DNA of 64,000 nt from Bacteroidales bacterium. Its GTDB lineage: Bacteria; Bacteroidota; Bacteroidia; Bacteroidales; M50B96. Both the position numbers and the translations under genes were made by a program. Where the stretch lies: assembly GCA_018401015.1 (NCBI GenBank), contig JAGYLP010000004.1, forward strand, positions 19,307 to 83,306, written 5' to 3'. This document shows positions 47,501 through 57,258 of this stretch, one piece after another (the stretch's first letter is position 1; every line of letters begins with the position of its first letter). A model generated the notes under the pieces. It was not told the DNA's origin, searched no databases, and saw only the letters and a list, made by a program, of their open reading frames with translations.

Positions 47501-48016
47501 TTAACTACTGCCGATGTCAATCAAGAGGATTACGAAGGTGTTTTTGTACGCGTTGAGAATGCTACTTGTACCAACGAAGACTATGGCTTTGGCATGTGGG
47601 AAGTTAACGACGGAACCGGTGCTACCCTTGTTCACAACAACGACTCCTACACCTACGCTCCAATCCCCGGCACTGCTTACAATGTTCAGGGAGTATTGAA
47701 CTATAATTTCGAAGAATGGAAAATTGAACTCCGTATGGAAGGTGATGTTACCCCTTACGTAAGTGTAAATGAGATTCTTTCCGGAAGTTCGAAGCTTTAT
47801 CCTAATCCGGTAAGAAACCGCCTTTATCTCGAGATTGATGGTAACTATGAAAGCTTACAAATTTTCAACCTTTTAGGCGAACAAGTTTACAGCATGAGCG
47901 ATTTAACTCGTGAAAAAATCGAAATTGAAACCAGCGCATTAATCAATGGTATTTATTTCATTCAACTCCATAAATCTGGAGCAAATGCTGAAACCTTGCG
48001 ATTCATCAAGCAATAA
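44564..48016 (+). CDS. Large T9SS-secreted protein with two lamin-tail-domain (LTD) repeats and an ExeM/NucH-like OB-type domain, but no nuclease domain
   Basis: 1150 aa with signal peptide ...SLSAFAQ. FFSEYVEGSSNNKGLEIYNP occurs twice. SIYEIQGQAAASPLNGQIVTTSGIVTG...GYFIQDG...GIFVYD resembles the module that precedes the nuclease in ExeM/NucH. The C-terminus LYPNPVRNRLYLEI...GIYFIQL is Por_Secre_tail-like. Confidence 0.8.
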   Translation: MNNMKKNYVFSLLIAALFSLSAFAQTSSLNLDFESWDNTTYPNPTSWDSPNATIAGIMSTDWVLMQETGSVVNGTSALKLESKTITIPLFGNVDIPGFATLGTLDVNTMTQTYSINGGEPFTDRPDKLLGSFLYNPVGSDQCVVEVVLLNYNEATSTIIDTIGYGSFVGNATTAWENFEVMINYTSTATPNYVNINLVASYPEPVDGSTLWVDDLSFFTAPVSTGDLFFSEYVEGSSNNKGLEIYNPSSSPIALDNYQIAQTNNGSDWIYFHTFPAGASIAPGDVWVIANAAINAAIFDISNADEVLPYPSVVHHNGNDGRALIKIQGTDTIFIDVIGEANFDPGTGWDVAGVASGTANHTLIRKPSIMQGNTDWAASAGTDAINSEWIVEASDYINLGTHTTGASMPQVAITSPADGETIFSTDLTVEFSVSNFSVGAVGSGADGHLHYVLNTGTPVMQYDLNPIEFTALPYGTHTFVLWLVDDNHQELVPPVGDTITFTLAESNLAEIVSFSVPGQVGSAIIDNAQSTVTAYVAAGTALTSLVPTIEVSDFASINPASGVAQDFTSAVSYTVTAQDGTIRTWEVSVADQPEGTLFFSEYVEGSSNNKGLEIYNPTAGPISLDDYQIAQTSNGSGWTYFHTFPAGASIAAGDVWVIITDQMNSALFSAADADEVLSFPSVVHYNGNDARALIKIQGSDTTIVDQIGVPDIDPGGGWDVAGVSEGTLNHTLIRKPEIIVGNDDWAASAGTDAANSEWIVEAIDYINLGTHYTGGNMAPSITGVTFIPASITDADTVIVAATITDADGTVASVSFAWGLDGINFPNSMTLTNLFDVYTTIPNAIPAQAQGTTVYIQYIATDDLGAESIYIGQYTVISDPVETSIYEIQGQAAASPLNGQIVTTSGIVTGLLPGSSQGYFIQDGDGAWNGIFVYDNVNLPAVGDEIEVTALVHEYYDLTELKEVSAFVVISSGNTLPNPSILTTADVNQEDYEGVFVRVENATCTNEDYGFGMWEVNDGTGATLVHNNDSYTYAPIPGTAYNVQGVLNYNFEEWKIELRMEGDVTPYVSVNEILSGSSKLYPNPVRNRLYLEIDGNYESLQIFNLLGEQVYSMSDLTREKIEIETSALINGIYFIQLHKSGANAETLRFIKQ
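45233..45775 (+). repeat. Internal repeat copy 1 (181 codons, LTD-containing)
   Basis: aa 224-404. My hand alignment to aa 593-773 gives 135 of 181 identical residues. Confidence 0.85.
46340..46882 (+). repeat. Internal repeat copy 2 (181 codons, LTD-containing)
   Basis: aa 593-773, with a 1107-nt period relative to copy 1. Confidence 0.85.
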
Positions 48017-48036
48017 TTGCTAAGAACCTAATTAAA

Positions 48037-48080
48037 ACTCCCTCCGCGAATCAACTCTTCGTTGGAGGGAGTTTTTTTTT
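48037..48080 (+). terminator. Rho-independent terminator
   Basis: ACTCCCTCC, an 18-nt loop, GGAGGGAGT, then T9. It lies 21 nt past the stop at 48016. Confidence 0.7.
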
Positions 48081-48167
48081 ACACTCAGGCCCTAATTCTT
48101 CATAACTGACAAGGCACTTTCCAGGCGATTCATTTACTTTTAAAGCGCTCGAAAAAACGAAACCGAT

Positions 48168-50175
48168 ATGGATTTTAAACTCGTTTCAGACTTCAAACCA
48201 ACCGGCGATCAGCCGGAAGCTATCCGGCAATTGGTCGATGGGTTTCAGCAAGGAATGCCTTATCAGACCTTATTGGGAGTAACCGGTTCGGGTAAAACCT
48301 TCACGGTGGCAAATGCCATTGCTCAACTGAACCGACCTGTATTGGTTCTTTCGCATAATAAAACACTCGCAGCTCAACTTTATGGCGAGTTCAAGCAGTT
48401 CTTTCCCGAAAATGCCGTAGAGTATTTCCGTATCCTACTACGATTATTATCAACCCGAAGCGTATTTGCCGGTGAGCGATACCTACATCGAAAAAGATTT
48501 ATCGATCAATGAAGAAATTGAAAAACTACGCCTAAGTGCCACTTCTGCTCTCCTGTCGGGCCGACGAGATGTGATCGTGGTTTCGTCCGTTTCATGCTTA
48601 TACGGAATTGGTAATCCAGAGGATTTTCATGCCAATGTTACCCGCGTAACCGTTGGACAAACCATTAGCCGAAATAAAATGCTTCTCCAATTGGTCGAAG
48701 CACTTTATGCACGAAATGAAGTGGTTTTTAAGCGAGGTACTTTTCGTGTTAAAGGAGACAATGTCGATATCTTCATTGCTTATGGCGACGTGGCTTATCG
48801 CATTACTTTCTGGGGCGACACCATCGAGGAGATTATCAGCTTCGACCCTGAAACAGGGCACACTCTCGAACATCTGAACGAAGCGGTGATTTACCCGGCT
48901 AACATCTTTGTAACCACCAAAGAACGAATGCATAAAGCGATTCGGGGAATCCAGGACGATATGCTTGCGCAGGTCACCTATTTCAAAGAAATTGGAAAAT
49001 ACGGCGAAGCCAAACGGCTCGAAGAACGCGTAAGTTACGATCTGGAAATGATCAAAGAACTTGGATACTGTTCCGGTATCGAAAACTATTCACGTTACTT
49101 CGACGGACGCCCCACGGGGACTCGACCGTTCTGTTTATTGGATTATTTCCCGCAGGATTTCGTCACGGTCATTGATGAGAGCCATGTAACGATTCCACAA
49201 ATCCATGCTATGTATGGTGGAGATTATTCCAGAAAGAAAAACCTGGTTGAATATGGATTTCGATTACCCGCTGCCTTGGACAATCGTCCGCTGAAATTTC
49301 ACGAATTCGAGAACTTGGTCAATCAGCTTCTATTTGTAAGTGCCACCCCTGCCAATTATGAATTAGAAAAATCGGAAGGGATTATCGTTGAACAAGTTAT
49401 TCGTCCAACCGGACTATTAGATCCGCTCATCGAAGTGCGTCCTTCGATGCACCAAATAGACGATCTGGTACAGGAGATGAAAAAGCGGATTGCCCTCAAA
49501 GAACGGGTGCTGGTAACCACCCTCACCAAACGCATGGCAGAAGAATTGTCCAAATACCTCGAAAAAATTTCCATTGCCTGTACTTACATTCACTCCGACA
49601 TTGACACCATGGATCGAATCGAAATCATGGATGGACTTCGCTCCGGAAAATTTGACGTCCTTATTGGGGTAAACCTACTCCGCGAAGGCTTAGATTTACC
49701 GGAGGTGAGTTTAGTTGCCATTCTCGATGCCGATAAAGAAGGCTTCCTGCGCTCGGAACGATCCCTAACACAAACAGCAGGGAGAGCCGCTCGAAATGTC
49801 AATGGATTGGTCGTGATGTATGCCGATAAAATAACCGATAGCATGCGACGCACCATCGACGAGACCAATCGGCGCAGGAGTAAGCAGATCAGCTACAACG
49901 AAGAGCACGGCATCACCCCTCGATCCATTAAAAAAGCAACGGGCAGCCTTATGGGTCGATTCGATGAAATAACCCGATCCTACACCGAACCAGCGAAAGT
50001 CGATATAGCCGCCGATCCGGTGGTGAAATACATGAAGCCCGATGCGCTCAAAAAAGCCATTGAAAAAACCAAAGCGGCCATGAAGAAAGCCGCTTCCGAG
50101 CTAGATTTTATCGAAGCAGCCCGATTACGCGACGAGATGTACGATTTGGAACGATTATTAAAAGAACGGAGTTGA
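48168..50175 (+). pseudogene. uvrB: uvrB (excinuclease ABC subunit B) interrupted by a single-base insertion near 48428-48429. This is either a true frameshift or a sequence error.
   Basis: Track ORFs 48168..48512 and 48466..50175 are in different frames. The first encodes the UvrB N-terminus ([15 protein letters not shown], ...ENAVEYF) and then nonsense. Reading gag tat ttc [c] gta tcc tac tac gat tat tat caa ccc gaa restores the universal [23 protein letters not shown]. That sequence runs into the second ORF, which carries the helicase motifs and the C-terminal UVR motif LDFIEAARLRDEMYDLE. Confidence 0.9.
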
Positions 50176-50291
50176 TTGGTTAATCCTATTCAGTTGCACA
50201 GCAGCGCTCTAACCCAACCCTAACTCCCTGAACCTCAGCAGAGGTTCAACTATCTAATGCCCCATTGTTGTTAACACATAGTAGAGGCATT

Positions 50292-51569
50292 ATGAACGAA
50301 CATTTTCTTCAATTTTTCTGGAAGCATTATTCCAAAACCCGTAAACATTTACGATTAATCGATGGAACACGCATTGAGGTTTACGACCCTGGTGAATGGA
50401 ACTTCGAAAGTGGTCCCGACTTCAGTGCAGCAACCATCCGCATAGGCGATACTCGCTGGGTTGGAAATGTCGAAATTCACCTGAAAGCATCCGACTGGTA
50501 CAAGCATCATCATCAACACGACCCTGCTTATCAGAATATCATCCTGCACGTTGTAGGGCAATACGACAAACCGGTCTATTCCGATACCGGCAGGCAAATC
50601 CCGACACTCGAACTGAAAGTTCCGCGAAAGCTATGGCAAACCTATGAATCGCTGCTGCAAGAGCGGCATACGATCAAATGCAGCGAGCATCTCGAACGAA
50701 TCGATTCCTTTAAGTTTAACTTTTGGATGGGACGAATGGCCATTGAACGATTGGAGGCAAAGAGTAATTTGCTGGAACACTTTCTTATCGAAACCCGGAA
50801 CGATTGGGAAGCATCGCTCTATCGTCTTTTTGCCCGCAGTTTCGGACAGAAAAGCAACAGCATGCCCTTCGAAATGCTGGCTCGAAACCTCCCGCTAAGC
50901 ATCATTGCCAAGCACCGCAACCGACGTTTTCAGCTCGAAGCGCTCATCTTCGGGCAAGCAGGATTGCTTCAATCAGAGTGGTTTGGCGACGATTATTTTC
51001 AAAAATTACGTGCAGAGTATTTATACCACAAGCACAAGTATCAGCTTAAAAGCCTTCCGGGATATTTGTGGAAATTCTCCGGGACACGACCTTCCTCTTT
51101 TCCCAACATACGATTGGCACAATGGATCCGATTTCTCGAGAGCCAACCTCATCTCCTTCCCTTCACCTTGGAGTTTGAGCCGACACAAATGAACCAGTTG
51201 CGCAAAGAGTTACAACTCGATGAATACTGGGAAAATCATTATCGTTTCAATAAAATTTCGCTGCAAAAAGGAAAAGCACCCGGAACCGACTGGGCCCATC
51301 ACTTTATTATCAATGCTATTGCACCCGCATTGTATCACTATGGAAAAACATTCCAACAAGCTGAAAAGCAGGAAAAAGCTATTGCGATGCTGGAAAAACT
51401 AAAGCCTGAGAACAATCAAATCACTCGAGCTTGGAACAAAAAGGGTCAACACCCAAAGAACGCCTTGAACACTCAAGCATACATCCACTTGTATCAACAA
51501 TACTGTTCGAAATCGCATTGCCTCCAGTGTCAGATCGGTAATGAAATAATTCGCTTACCCTCCCGATAA
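50292..51569 (+). CDS. DUF2851-family protein
   Basis: ATG 50292 gives MNEHFLQFFWKH..., like remembered DUF2851 N-termini. About 425 aa, with C-terminal CLQCQIG. It was not searched. Confidence 0.55.
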   Translation: MNEHFLQFFWKHYSKTRKHLRLIDGTRIEVYDPGEWNFESGPDFSAATIRIGDTRWVGNVEIHLKASDWYKHHHQHDPAYQNIILHVVGQYDKPVYSDTGRQIPTLELKVPRKLWQTYESLLQERHTIKCSEHLERIDSFKFNFWMGRMAIERLEAKSNLLEHFLIETRNDWEASLYRLFARSFGQKSNSMPFEMLARNLPLSIIAKHRNRRFQLEALIFGQAGLLQSEWFGDDYFQKLRAEYLYHKHKYQLKSLPGYLWKFSGTRPSSFPNIRLAQWIRFLESQPHLLPFTLEFEPTQMNQLRKELQLDEYWENHYRFNKISLQKGKAPGTDWAHHFIINAIAPALYHYGKTFQQAEKQEKAIAMLEKLKPENNQITRAWNKKGQHPKNALNTQAYIHLYQQYCSKSHCLQCQIGNEIIRLPSR

Positions 51570-51664
51570 TTCAGCCTTTATAAAAGGAGGTGACGGAAGG
51601 AAATAGTACTTTTGGGCAGCATTCAACATCACCAGCATCAAACCTAAAAGCTAAGCGCTTTGCT

Positions 51665-52486
51665 ATGAACTCTTTAAACGATAAACTCCAGGCATTTGAA
51701 CGGTTATTAGGCATCATGGACGAGCTTCGAACTCAGTGTCCGTGGGATATGAAACAAACTTTCGACTCGTTGCGAACCCTAACCATAGAAGAAGTATATG
51801 AATTGGCCGAAGCGATTAGCGAGGGAAATCCCGATGAAATCAAAAAAGAGTTGGGCGATATCCTGCTTCACATCGTTTTCTACGCGCGCATTGGTTCCGA
51901 AACCAAGGATTTCGATATAGCCGATGTAATAAACCAACTCTGCGATAAGCTTATCTTCCGTCACCCTCACATTTATGGCGATGTTCAGGTTAAAGACGAG
52001 AAAGAAGTGGCGGATAATTGGGAAGCTCTTAAGTTAAAGGAAAAGGAAGCCAAAGGCGACCAAATCGTTTCAAAGACGGTATTGGGAGGAGTTCCGAAAA
52101 GCTTACCCGCCATGATTAAAGCCTATCGGATTCAGGATAAGGCACGTGGCGTAGGATTCGATTGGGACGAAAAGAGCCAGGTATGGCTGAAAGTTCGCGA
52201 AGAACTCCAGGAACTGGAAGTAGAAATTCAGAAAAATGATCAAGAAGCCATGGAAAAGGAATTTGGCGATTTGTTTTTTTCCCTCATCAATGCTGCACGA
52301 CTGTACAACATTAATCCCGAGAACGCACTGGAGCACACCAACCGAAAATTCATTGAACGATTCAACTACTTAGAGCAACAAACGATTCAGCAGGGAAAAT
52401 CTTTACATGAAATGAGCTTGAACGAAATGGATCATTACTGGAATGAAGCAAAACGCCTTCAAGCTAATTCGAATAATCCGGAATAA
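51665..52486 (+). CDS. mazG: Nucleoside triphosphate pyrophosphohydrolase MazG
   Basis: Tandem MazG repeats: EEVYELAEAI...ELGDILLHIVFYA and EELQELEVEI...EFGDLFFSLINAA. ATG at 51665; the track start at 51590 is GTG. Confidence 0.88.
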   Translation: MNSLNDKLQAFERLLGIMDELRTQCPWDMKQTFDSLRTLTIEEVYELAEAISEGNPDEIKKELGDILLHIVFYARIGSETKDFDIADVINQLCDKLIFRHPHIYGDVQVKDEKEVADNWEALKLKEKEAKGDQIVSKTVLGGVPKSLPAMIKAYRIQDKARGVGFDWDEKSQVWLKVREELQELEVEIQKNDQEAMEKEFGDLFFSLINAARLYNINPENALEHTNRKFIERFNYLEQQTIQQGKSLHEMSLNEMDHYWNEAKRLQANSNNPE

Positions 52487-52487
52487 A

Positions 52488-54188
52488 TCAAGCTAGTTTT
52501 GAAAGTTCTTTTTGAACAAACTGCATAAGTTCGCGAATGTAGCTTGCCGAAAAGTCGAATCGCACTCCCGCCAGTTCATACAAGGCTGGAATATTCCGTG
52601 TATATCCCGCACTCAAGGCACGCGTATAGGCCTCGATAGCACTATTTTTATCCGATTCAAAATTGCGCCACACACCAATCGCCCCTAATTGCGCCATGGC
52701 GTATTCGATGTAATAAAACGGCACTTCGTAAATATGCAATTGAGCTTGCCAGCGATACGCGGCAATATCTTCATAACCCGACCAATCGACAAGGCTTGAA
52801 CCAAATCGAGCAGCAATATGAGTCCAAGCTTCTTTGCGTTCGTTGTGGCTATGACCGGGATGAGTGTATAACCAATCCTGGAAGGCATCGATCGTGGCTA
52901 CCCACGGCAAAACATCCAACACACCCTCTAGTTGCGAGCGCTTAGCACGAATCCAATCGGATGGATTGAAAAACTCATCCCAATAATCCATGCTCATCAA
53001 TTCCATGCTCATAGAAGCTAATTCGGCAACCTCGGTTGGAGTTTGTTTAAAATCGACCAAATCAAGCGGGGCAGAAAGGAAAGAATGAATGGCATGCCCT
53101 CCTTCGTGCATCAGTGTTTCAAGATCGCGCAAATTCCCAGTGGCATTCATATAAATGAAGGGCACATTGCTCTCATATAGCGGATAATTGAAACCGCCGG
53201 GTGCCTTCCCTAAGCGCGATTCCAAATCGAGGTATTCCATTCGCCGCATCGTATCGAGAAATTCTCCAAACTCCGGCTTAATGCGATGGAAAACCCGGAT
53301 ACTTTTCTCCAATAATTCCGAACCCGTTATAAAAGGTTGCAGCGGAGGGAGCATGCTTGGATCAACTTTTAAATCGTAAGGACGAAGACGATCGTATTCC
53401 AATTGGGCTAGTCGCTTCCGATGAATTTCTTCTACCAGTGGCTTAACTTCTTGTTCTATCGCTTCGTGAAAACGATGCACATCGTCCACCCCATAATCGA
53501 AGCGTTCCATCTCAACGTATTTGAAATCGCGGTAATTATCAAAACCGGCATTAAGCGCCAAGCGGTGACGCTTCGCCAAGAGATCATCGAGCAATACATC
53601 GAGGCGCTCCTTATCCTCGAGGCGGCGTTTACCCATTTTTTCAAAAATAACTTGCCTCAAAGACCGGTCGGTATTTTGCAAAAAATTACCAGCCGCTTGC
53701 ATGGTGTACGTTTCCCCATCGTGTTCAACGCTCATATTCGATGAAATGAGGCCGTATTCATTAATCTGTTGCTGTAAATCGGCTTTTATCTCCACATTTT
53801 CCTCGCGAAACAATTCGATACCGGTACGAATAGACCGAAACATTAGCTGATACTTTTCTTCGGGGAAAAGCTCGTAGGCCGGGCTATCGTGAAGCTTTTT
53901 ATCCAAGCGGTTACTGTAGGTTTCCACCTTAGCCTGCGTGTTCGCAATAAATTGATTGAAACCATGGAAAAGCTCCTCGTTGTTGGTATTGCAATTCATG
54001 CGGATATATCGCCAGGCAAGTTCTTCGTCGTAGGCCGAGAACAACTCGCTACGCTGAGCAAGCCAGGTTTCAATATCGGCTTTAGTAGCCAAGCTACGCT
54101 GCTCCAAGGCATCGAAATAAGGAGCGATATCCTCCCAGGTATGGATACTTAAGTCGGAAGGCAGAAATGTTCGTGGGGTCTTTTTCAT
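52488..54188 (-). CDS. pepF: M3-family oligoendopeptidase (PepF-like)
   Basis: 566 aa with the zinc motif HEGGHAIH. Confidence 0.85.
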   Translation of the reverse strand: MKKTPRTFLPSDLSIHTWEDIAPYFDALEQRSLATKADIETWLAQRSELFSAYDEELAWRYIRMNCNTNNEELFHGFNQFIANTQAKVETYSNRLDKKLHDSPAYELFPEEKYQLMFRSIRTGIELFREENVEIKADLQQQINEYGLISSNMSVEHDGETYTMQAAGNFLQNTDRSLRQVIFEKMGKRRLEDKERLDVLLDDLLAKRHRLALNAGFDNYRDFKYVEMERFDYGVDDVHRFHEAIEQEVKPLVEEIHRKRLAQLEYDRLRPYDLKVDPSMLPPLQPFITGSELLEKSIRVFHRIKPEFGEFLDTMRRMEYLDLESRLGKAPGGFNYPLYESNVPFIYMNATGNLRDLETLMHEGGHAIHSFLSAPLDLVDFKQTPTEVAELASMSMELMSMDYWDEFFNPSDWIRAKRSQLEGVLDVLPWVATIDAFQDWLYTHPGHSHNERKEAWTHIAARFGSSLVDWSGYEDIAAYRWQAQLHIYEVPFYYIEYAMAQLGAIGVWRNFESDKNSAIEAYTRALSAGYTRNIPALYELAGVRFDFSASYIRELMQFVQKELSKLA

Positions 54189-54263
54189 TATTACAGGCTT
54201 TGGGTTGAAATAAACAAAGGCCTCCTGTAAACAAAAGGCCTTTGATAAAAAGTTGTTTAAGGT

Positions 54264-54713
54264 TTATGCTTCCTTACTTGATTCAGGCACCGATGTGTTT
54301 TCGGTTTCTGTTTCGTTTTCAGCTTCAGGTTCCTGGTCAAAAGCGTTGTGCTCATGCAACAGGTTGTACCACTGAACCAATTTTTTCAAATCGGAAGCAT
54401 AAACTCGTTCTTTATCAATTTGAGGAAGCACTTCGCCTACGTAGGCAAATAACTCGTTCGACGAGGCTTTGTGGTCGATAGCTTTTCCGCCTTCTTCCTT
54501 GTCGTAAATTTTCTGAAACACCTCTTTGAGCGGAATATCTTCCTCGTAAGTGTAGATGGCGATATCTTCCAGCGAACTGATTTTCGCGGTAGAATAGGCT
54601 GGCATGCGTTTGCCGGTTACAATCGATTCAACGATGATATGATTCTTGCCCTGGGAAATGTTTCTGAATAATCCGGGCTGGCCACTAATGGCAAGGATTC
54701 CTTTTAAATTCAT
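54264..54713 (-). CDS. Conserved hypothetical protein (DUF5606-like) with an acidic tail
   Basis: 149 aa. The N-terminus LKGILAISGQPGLFRNISQGKNHIIVESIVTGKRMPAY matches my memory of DUF5606. It was not searched. Confidence 0.45.
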   Translation of the reverse strand: MNLKGILAISGQPGLFRNISQGKNHIIVESIVTGKRMPAYSTAKISSLEDIAIYTYEEDIPLKEVFQKIYDKEEGGKAIDHKASSNELFAYVGEVLPQIDKERVYASDLKKLVQWYNLLHEHNAFDQEPEAENETETENTSVPESSKEA

Positions 54714-54737
54714 AGGTATTTTTTTGAATTAGCGATG

Positions 54738-54745
54738 CAAATTTA
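54738..54745 (-). promoter_or_regulatory. Bacteroidota -7 box (TAAATTTG on the minus strand)
   Basis: CAAATTTA on the plus strand, 25 nt upstream of ATG 54713. Confidence 0.4.
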
Positions 54746-54764
54746 AACGAGCATTTGAAAGGAA

Positions 54765-55481
54765 CTAATTAAATCCTCTTTCTTTTTTGATGAGTTCATA
54801 AGCTTCATTCACTTTTTGAAACTTTTGCTTCGCATCGGCAGCAATCTCTTCGCCCAAATAGGCAACTTTATCGGGATGGTACTTGACTGCCATCTTTCGG
54901 TAGGCTTTTTTAATTTCTTCTTCGCTCGCCGTCGGTTCTATCTCTAAAATACGATAGGCATTGCTAGTATCCTTTACAAACATTCCCTTAATCGACTGGT
55001 AATCGGAAGTGCTAATCGAAATATCGCGAGCAATACGCTCGAGTAATTGCAACTCTTGCGCACTTATTTGACCATCGGCTTGCGAAATGGCAAATAGCAA
55101 ATGAAGCAATTCCAAGCGTGAGGAATGATCCATGTGCTGACTTATTTGCCTGCAAACCGCCGGCAAAGGAATCTCTTGTTTGACCAAATCGCCCAATAAA
55201 CGAATCAGCTCTTTTGCCTGCGCTTCGCCAAAAGACCGTACGAAGTTCTGTTTGACAAAATCCAATTCCGCCCGAACAATCTTCCCATCGGCTTTCAACG
55301 TAGCTGCTACCAAAACGAGCAAACTCATCATAAAATCACCTTTGGTCGTGCGTCCATCGGCATGCTGAAAATCGCCTTTCTTATCGAAATAATTACCAAT
55401 GAAATAACCAATTAAGGCACCTATTGGACCGCCAAATGCCCAACCTAATCCACCTCCTAACCATTTTCCAAATTTTGCCAT
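54765..55481 (-). CDS. DjlA-like protein with a Gly-rich membrane anchor, a TerB domain and a C-terminal J domain
   Basis: The N-terminus reads [21 protein letters not shown]. The central region is TerB-like. The J domain reads [30 protein letters not shown]. Confidence 0.8.
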   Translation of the reverse strand: MAKFGKWLGGGLGWAFGGPIGALIGYFIGNYFDKKGDFQHADGRTTKGDFMMSLLVLVAATLKADGKIVRAELDFVKQNFVRSFGEAQAKELIRLLGDLVKQEIPLPAVCRQISQHMDHSSRLELLHLLFAISQADGQISAQELQLLERIARDISISTSDYQSIKGMFVKDTSNAYRILEIEPTASEEEIKKAYRKMAVKYHPDKVAYLGEEIAADAKQKFQKVNEAYELIKKERGFN

Positions 55482-55488
55482 AGCTCTT

Positions 55489-56085
55489 TTAAAAATTTGC
55501 TTTCTTTTCTGTTAAAAATTGATGGATAGCCAATACTTGAGGTATTAAAGCTTCTCCATCGTAGTTTCGGATTACATAATCCGCTTGATTTATTTTTTGA
55601 TTTTCGGGTTCCTGTAAATTCATCCGATGCTGTACCGCTTCCCGATTTGTTTTATCACGCTCAAGTACCCGCTCCATCCGAAGTGATTCAGGAGCACTAA
55701 CCAGAACCACCTTGTCCAGTCGCTTATTCCCTCCCGATTCAAATAAAATGGCCGACTCCAAAACCACATAAGGAGCCAATTGGTTCGCAGCCCACTGCTC
55801 AAAATCATTATAAACCAGCGGATGAAGCAACGCATTGAATGCTTTGAGTAAGTCTGGTCGGGTAAAAAGATGACTCGCTAGAAAAGGACGATTCAGCTGG
55901 CCGCTGCTCAAAAAAGCTTCCGATCCCAACTCTAAACTCAAAAATTGCTGAACCCGATTGTGCTCTTGCATCAACCGTTTCGCTTCGGAATCGGAATCGT
56001 AAACAGGAATGCGCAACATGGCAAACAAGCGCGCAACAGTGGATTTCCCACTACCTATATTCCCGGTTAATCCAACTCTAATCAT
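55489..56085 (-). CDS. coaE: Dephospho-CoA kinase
   Basis: [13 protein letters not shown]; 198 aa. Confidence 0.9.
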   Translation of the reverse strand: MIRVGLTGNIGSGKSTVARLFAMLRIPVYDSDSEAKRLMQEHNRVQQFLSLELGSEAFLSSGQLNRPFLASHLFTRPDLLKAFNALLHPLVYNDFEQWAANQLAPYVVLESAILFESGGNKRLDKVVLVSAPESLRMERVLERDKTNREAVQHRMNLQEPENQKINQADYVIRNYDGEALIPQVLAIHQFLTEKKANF

Positions 56086-57100
56086 GCTTCTCCAGAATAT
56101 AATCCACCCATTGAGGGCTCATTTGAGTGGAATGAATAAAGGAAGGTTGCTTGGCCAGGAAGAGCTTGAGTCGAGGCTTCTCATTCCACTCGGCATCGTC
56201 GCGCAGGGAATAATCGGCTTCTACCCTAAACTGATAGGCCTGTACCTTATCGAAATCAGAGAGAGCCACTAAATAGCTTAGGGTCACCTCTTCCGGGAAG
56301 AGACTGATGGAAAATCCTTCCGGCAAATTTTTTACCGATATAGGAAGTGCGAGCGACGATTGCGTAAACTCCTCAAAATTAAAACTCACACTCACCTCTT
56401 CGACTGGAGAGCTTAGCTCGGAAGGAAGGGATAATTCGAAACGATAAACCTCGCCGGAGGTTAACTTCCGAATCTTTTTGTTCTTGGTGAAAATTGCTCG
56501 AAGGGTATCCATCCGATTGGATAAACCCCGCACCGGAATGGAATCCGGTTCGATCGTAATTCCCTTTAAAAGATGCTGACGGGGAATTTCATAATCGAAG
56601 CCCAACTGAATCGGAACTTTTCTTTGAACGCTCGGAAGATATTGAAGGTGGATACTATCCGGATTGATTGCCAGCAAATTGACTTCGTCGCTCAATTGTT
56701 GCGAAACACCTGGCAACAGTCGGGAGGAAGCAATGCTAAGAAGAACATCGCGACCGGAAGAATCGAGTGTAAACAAATTCAAATCGACCATGATGGGGTT
56801 TACGGAGGTAGTTGTATGGTAACCCAACAACTTAAAGCCGTGCGATTCGATGCGCAATTCCAGATACTCTGGTAAGTTGGCAATTTGTGCATTCTCTTGC
56901 GGAAAATTGACGAATCGAACCGGATAGAGAATCTCAGTGGTATAGCGTTCATTCAACACGCTGAGAAACCAAAAACTAGCCGATAAAAGAAGAAAGACCA
57001 GGAAAGTCACGATCCGCTGACGGTTGTCTTTAATACGCTCTACCAGAGGATGGTGGAAACCTTTTTGAAGCCAAACATGGATGTGGTTTTTAAAGGACAT
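56078..57100 (-). CDS. YbbR-like (CdaR-type) domain protein
   Basis: 340 aa with an N-terminal TM helix and repeated beta-rich YbbR-like units. It overlaps coaE by 8 nt. Confidence 0.6.
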   Translation of the reverse strand: MSFKNHIHVWLQKGFHHPLVERIKDNRQRIVTFLVFLLLSASFWFLSVLNERYTTEILYPVRFVNFPQENAQIANLPEYLELRIESHGFKLLGYHTTTSVNPIMVDLNLFTLDSSGRDVLLSIASSRLLPGVSQQLSDEVNLLAINPDSIHLQYLPSVQRKVPIQLGFDYEIPRQHLLKGITIEPDSIPVRGLSNRMDTLRAIFTKNKKIRKLTSGEVYRFELSLPSELSSPVEEVSVSFNFEEFTQSSLALPISVKNLPEGFSISLFPEEVTLSYLVALSDFDKVQAYQFRVEADYSLRDDAEWNEKPRLKLFLAKQPSFIHSTQMSPQWVDYILEKHD

Positions 57101-57228
57101 AGTCGCTTGTTAAGGATGGTAAAATTAACAAGAAAAAAGAAACATGCCGGACCCTATCATAGGTTTATATTGGGTGCGCCTACCAGCTTACAACCAAAGT
57201 TTATATCGACCTAAATACATCCGTTTTT

Positions 57229-57258
57229 CAAAAAAAGAGAGCCCCAAATGGGACTCTC
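57229..57258 (-). terminator. Hairpin with a minus-strand T-run (terminator-like) in a gene-free region
   Basis: GAGAGCCCC-aaat-GGGACTCTC with one mismatch, preceded on the plus strand by A7. No annotated minus-strand gene ends here. Confidence 0.35.

Noticed and set aside
48420-48435. The possibility that the uvrB frameshift is a programmed +1/-1 recoding site
   Set aside because: I see no slippery heptamer, no prfB-like stop-codon context and no obvious downstream structure. UvrB is not known to be recoded. A sequencing error or a genuine mutation is more parsimonious.
50355-51402. A chain of alternative-frame ORFs (60-95 aa) within the DUF2851 gene, considered as a possible sign of gene decay
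   Set aside because: The main frame is uninterrupted for about 425 codons from ATG 50292. The other frames are compositional by-products.
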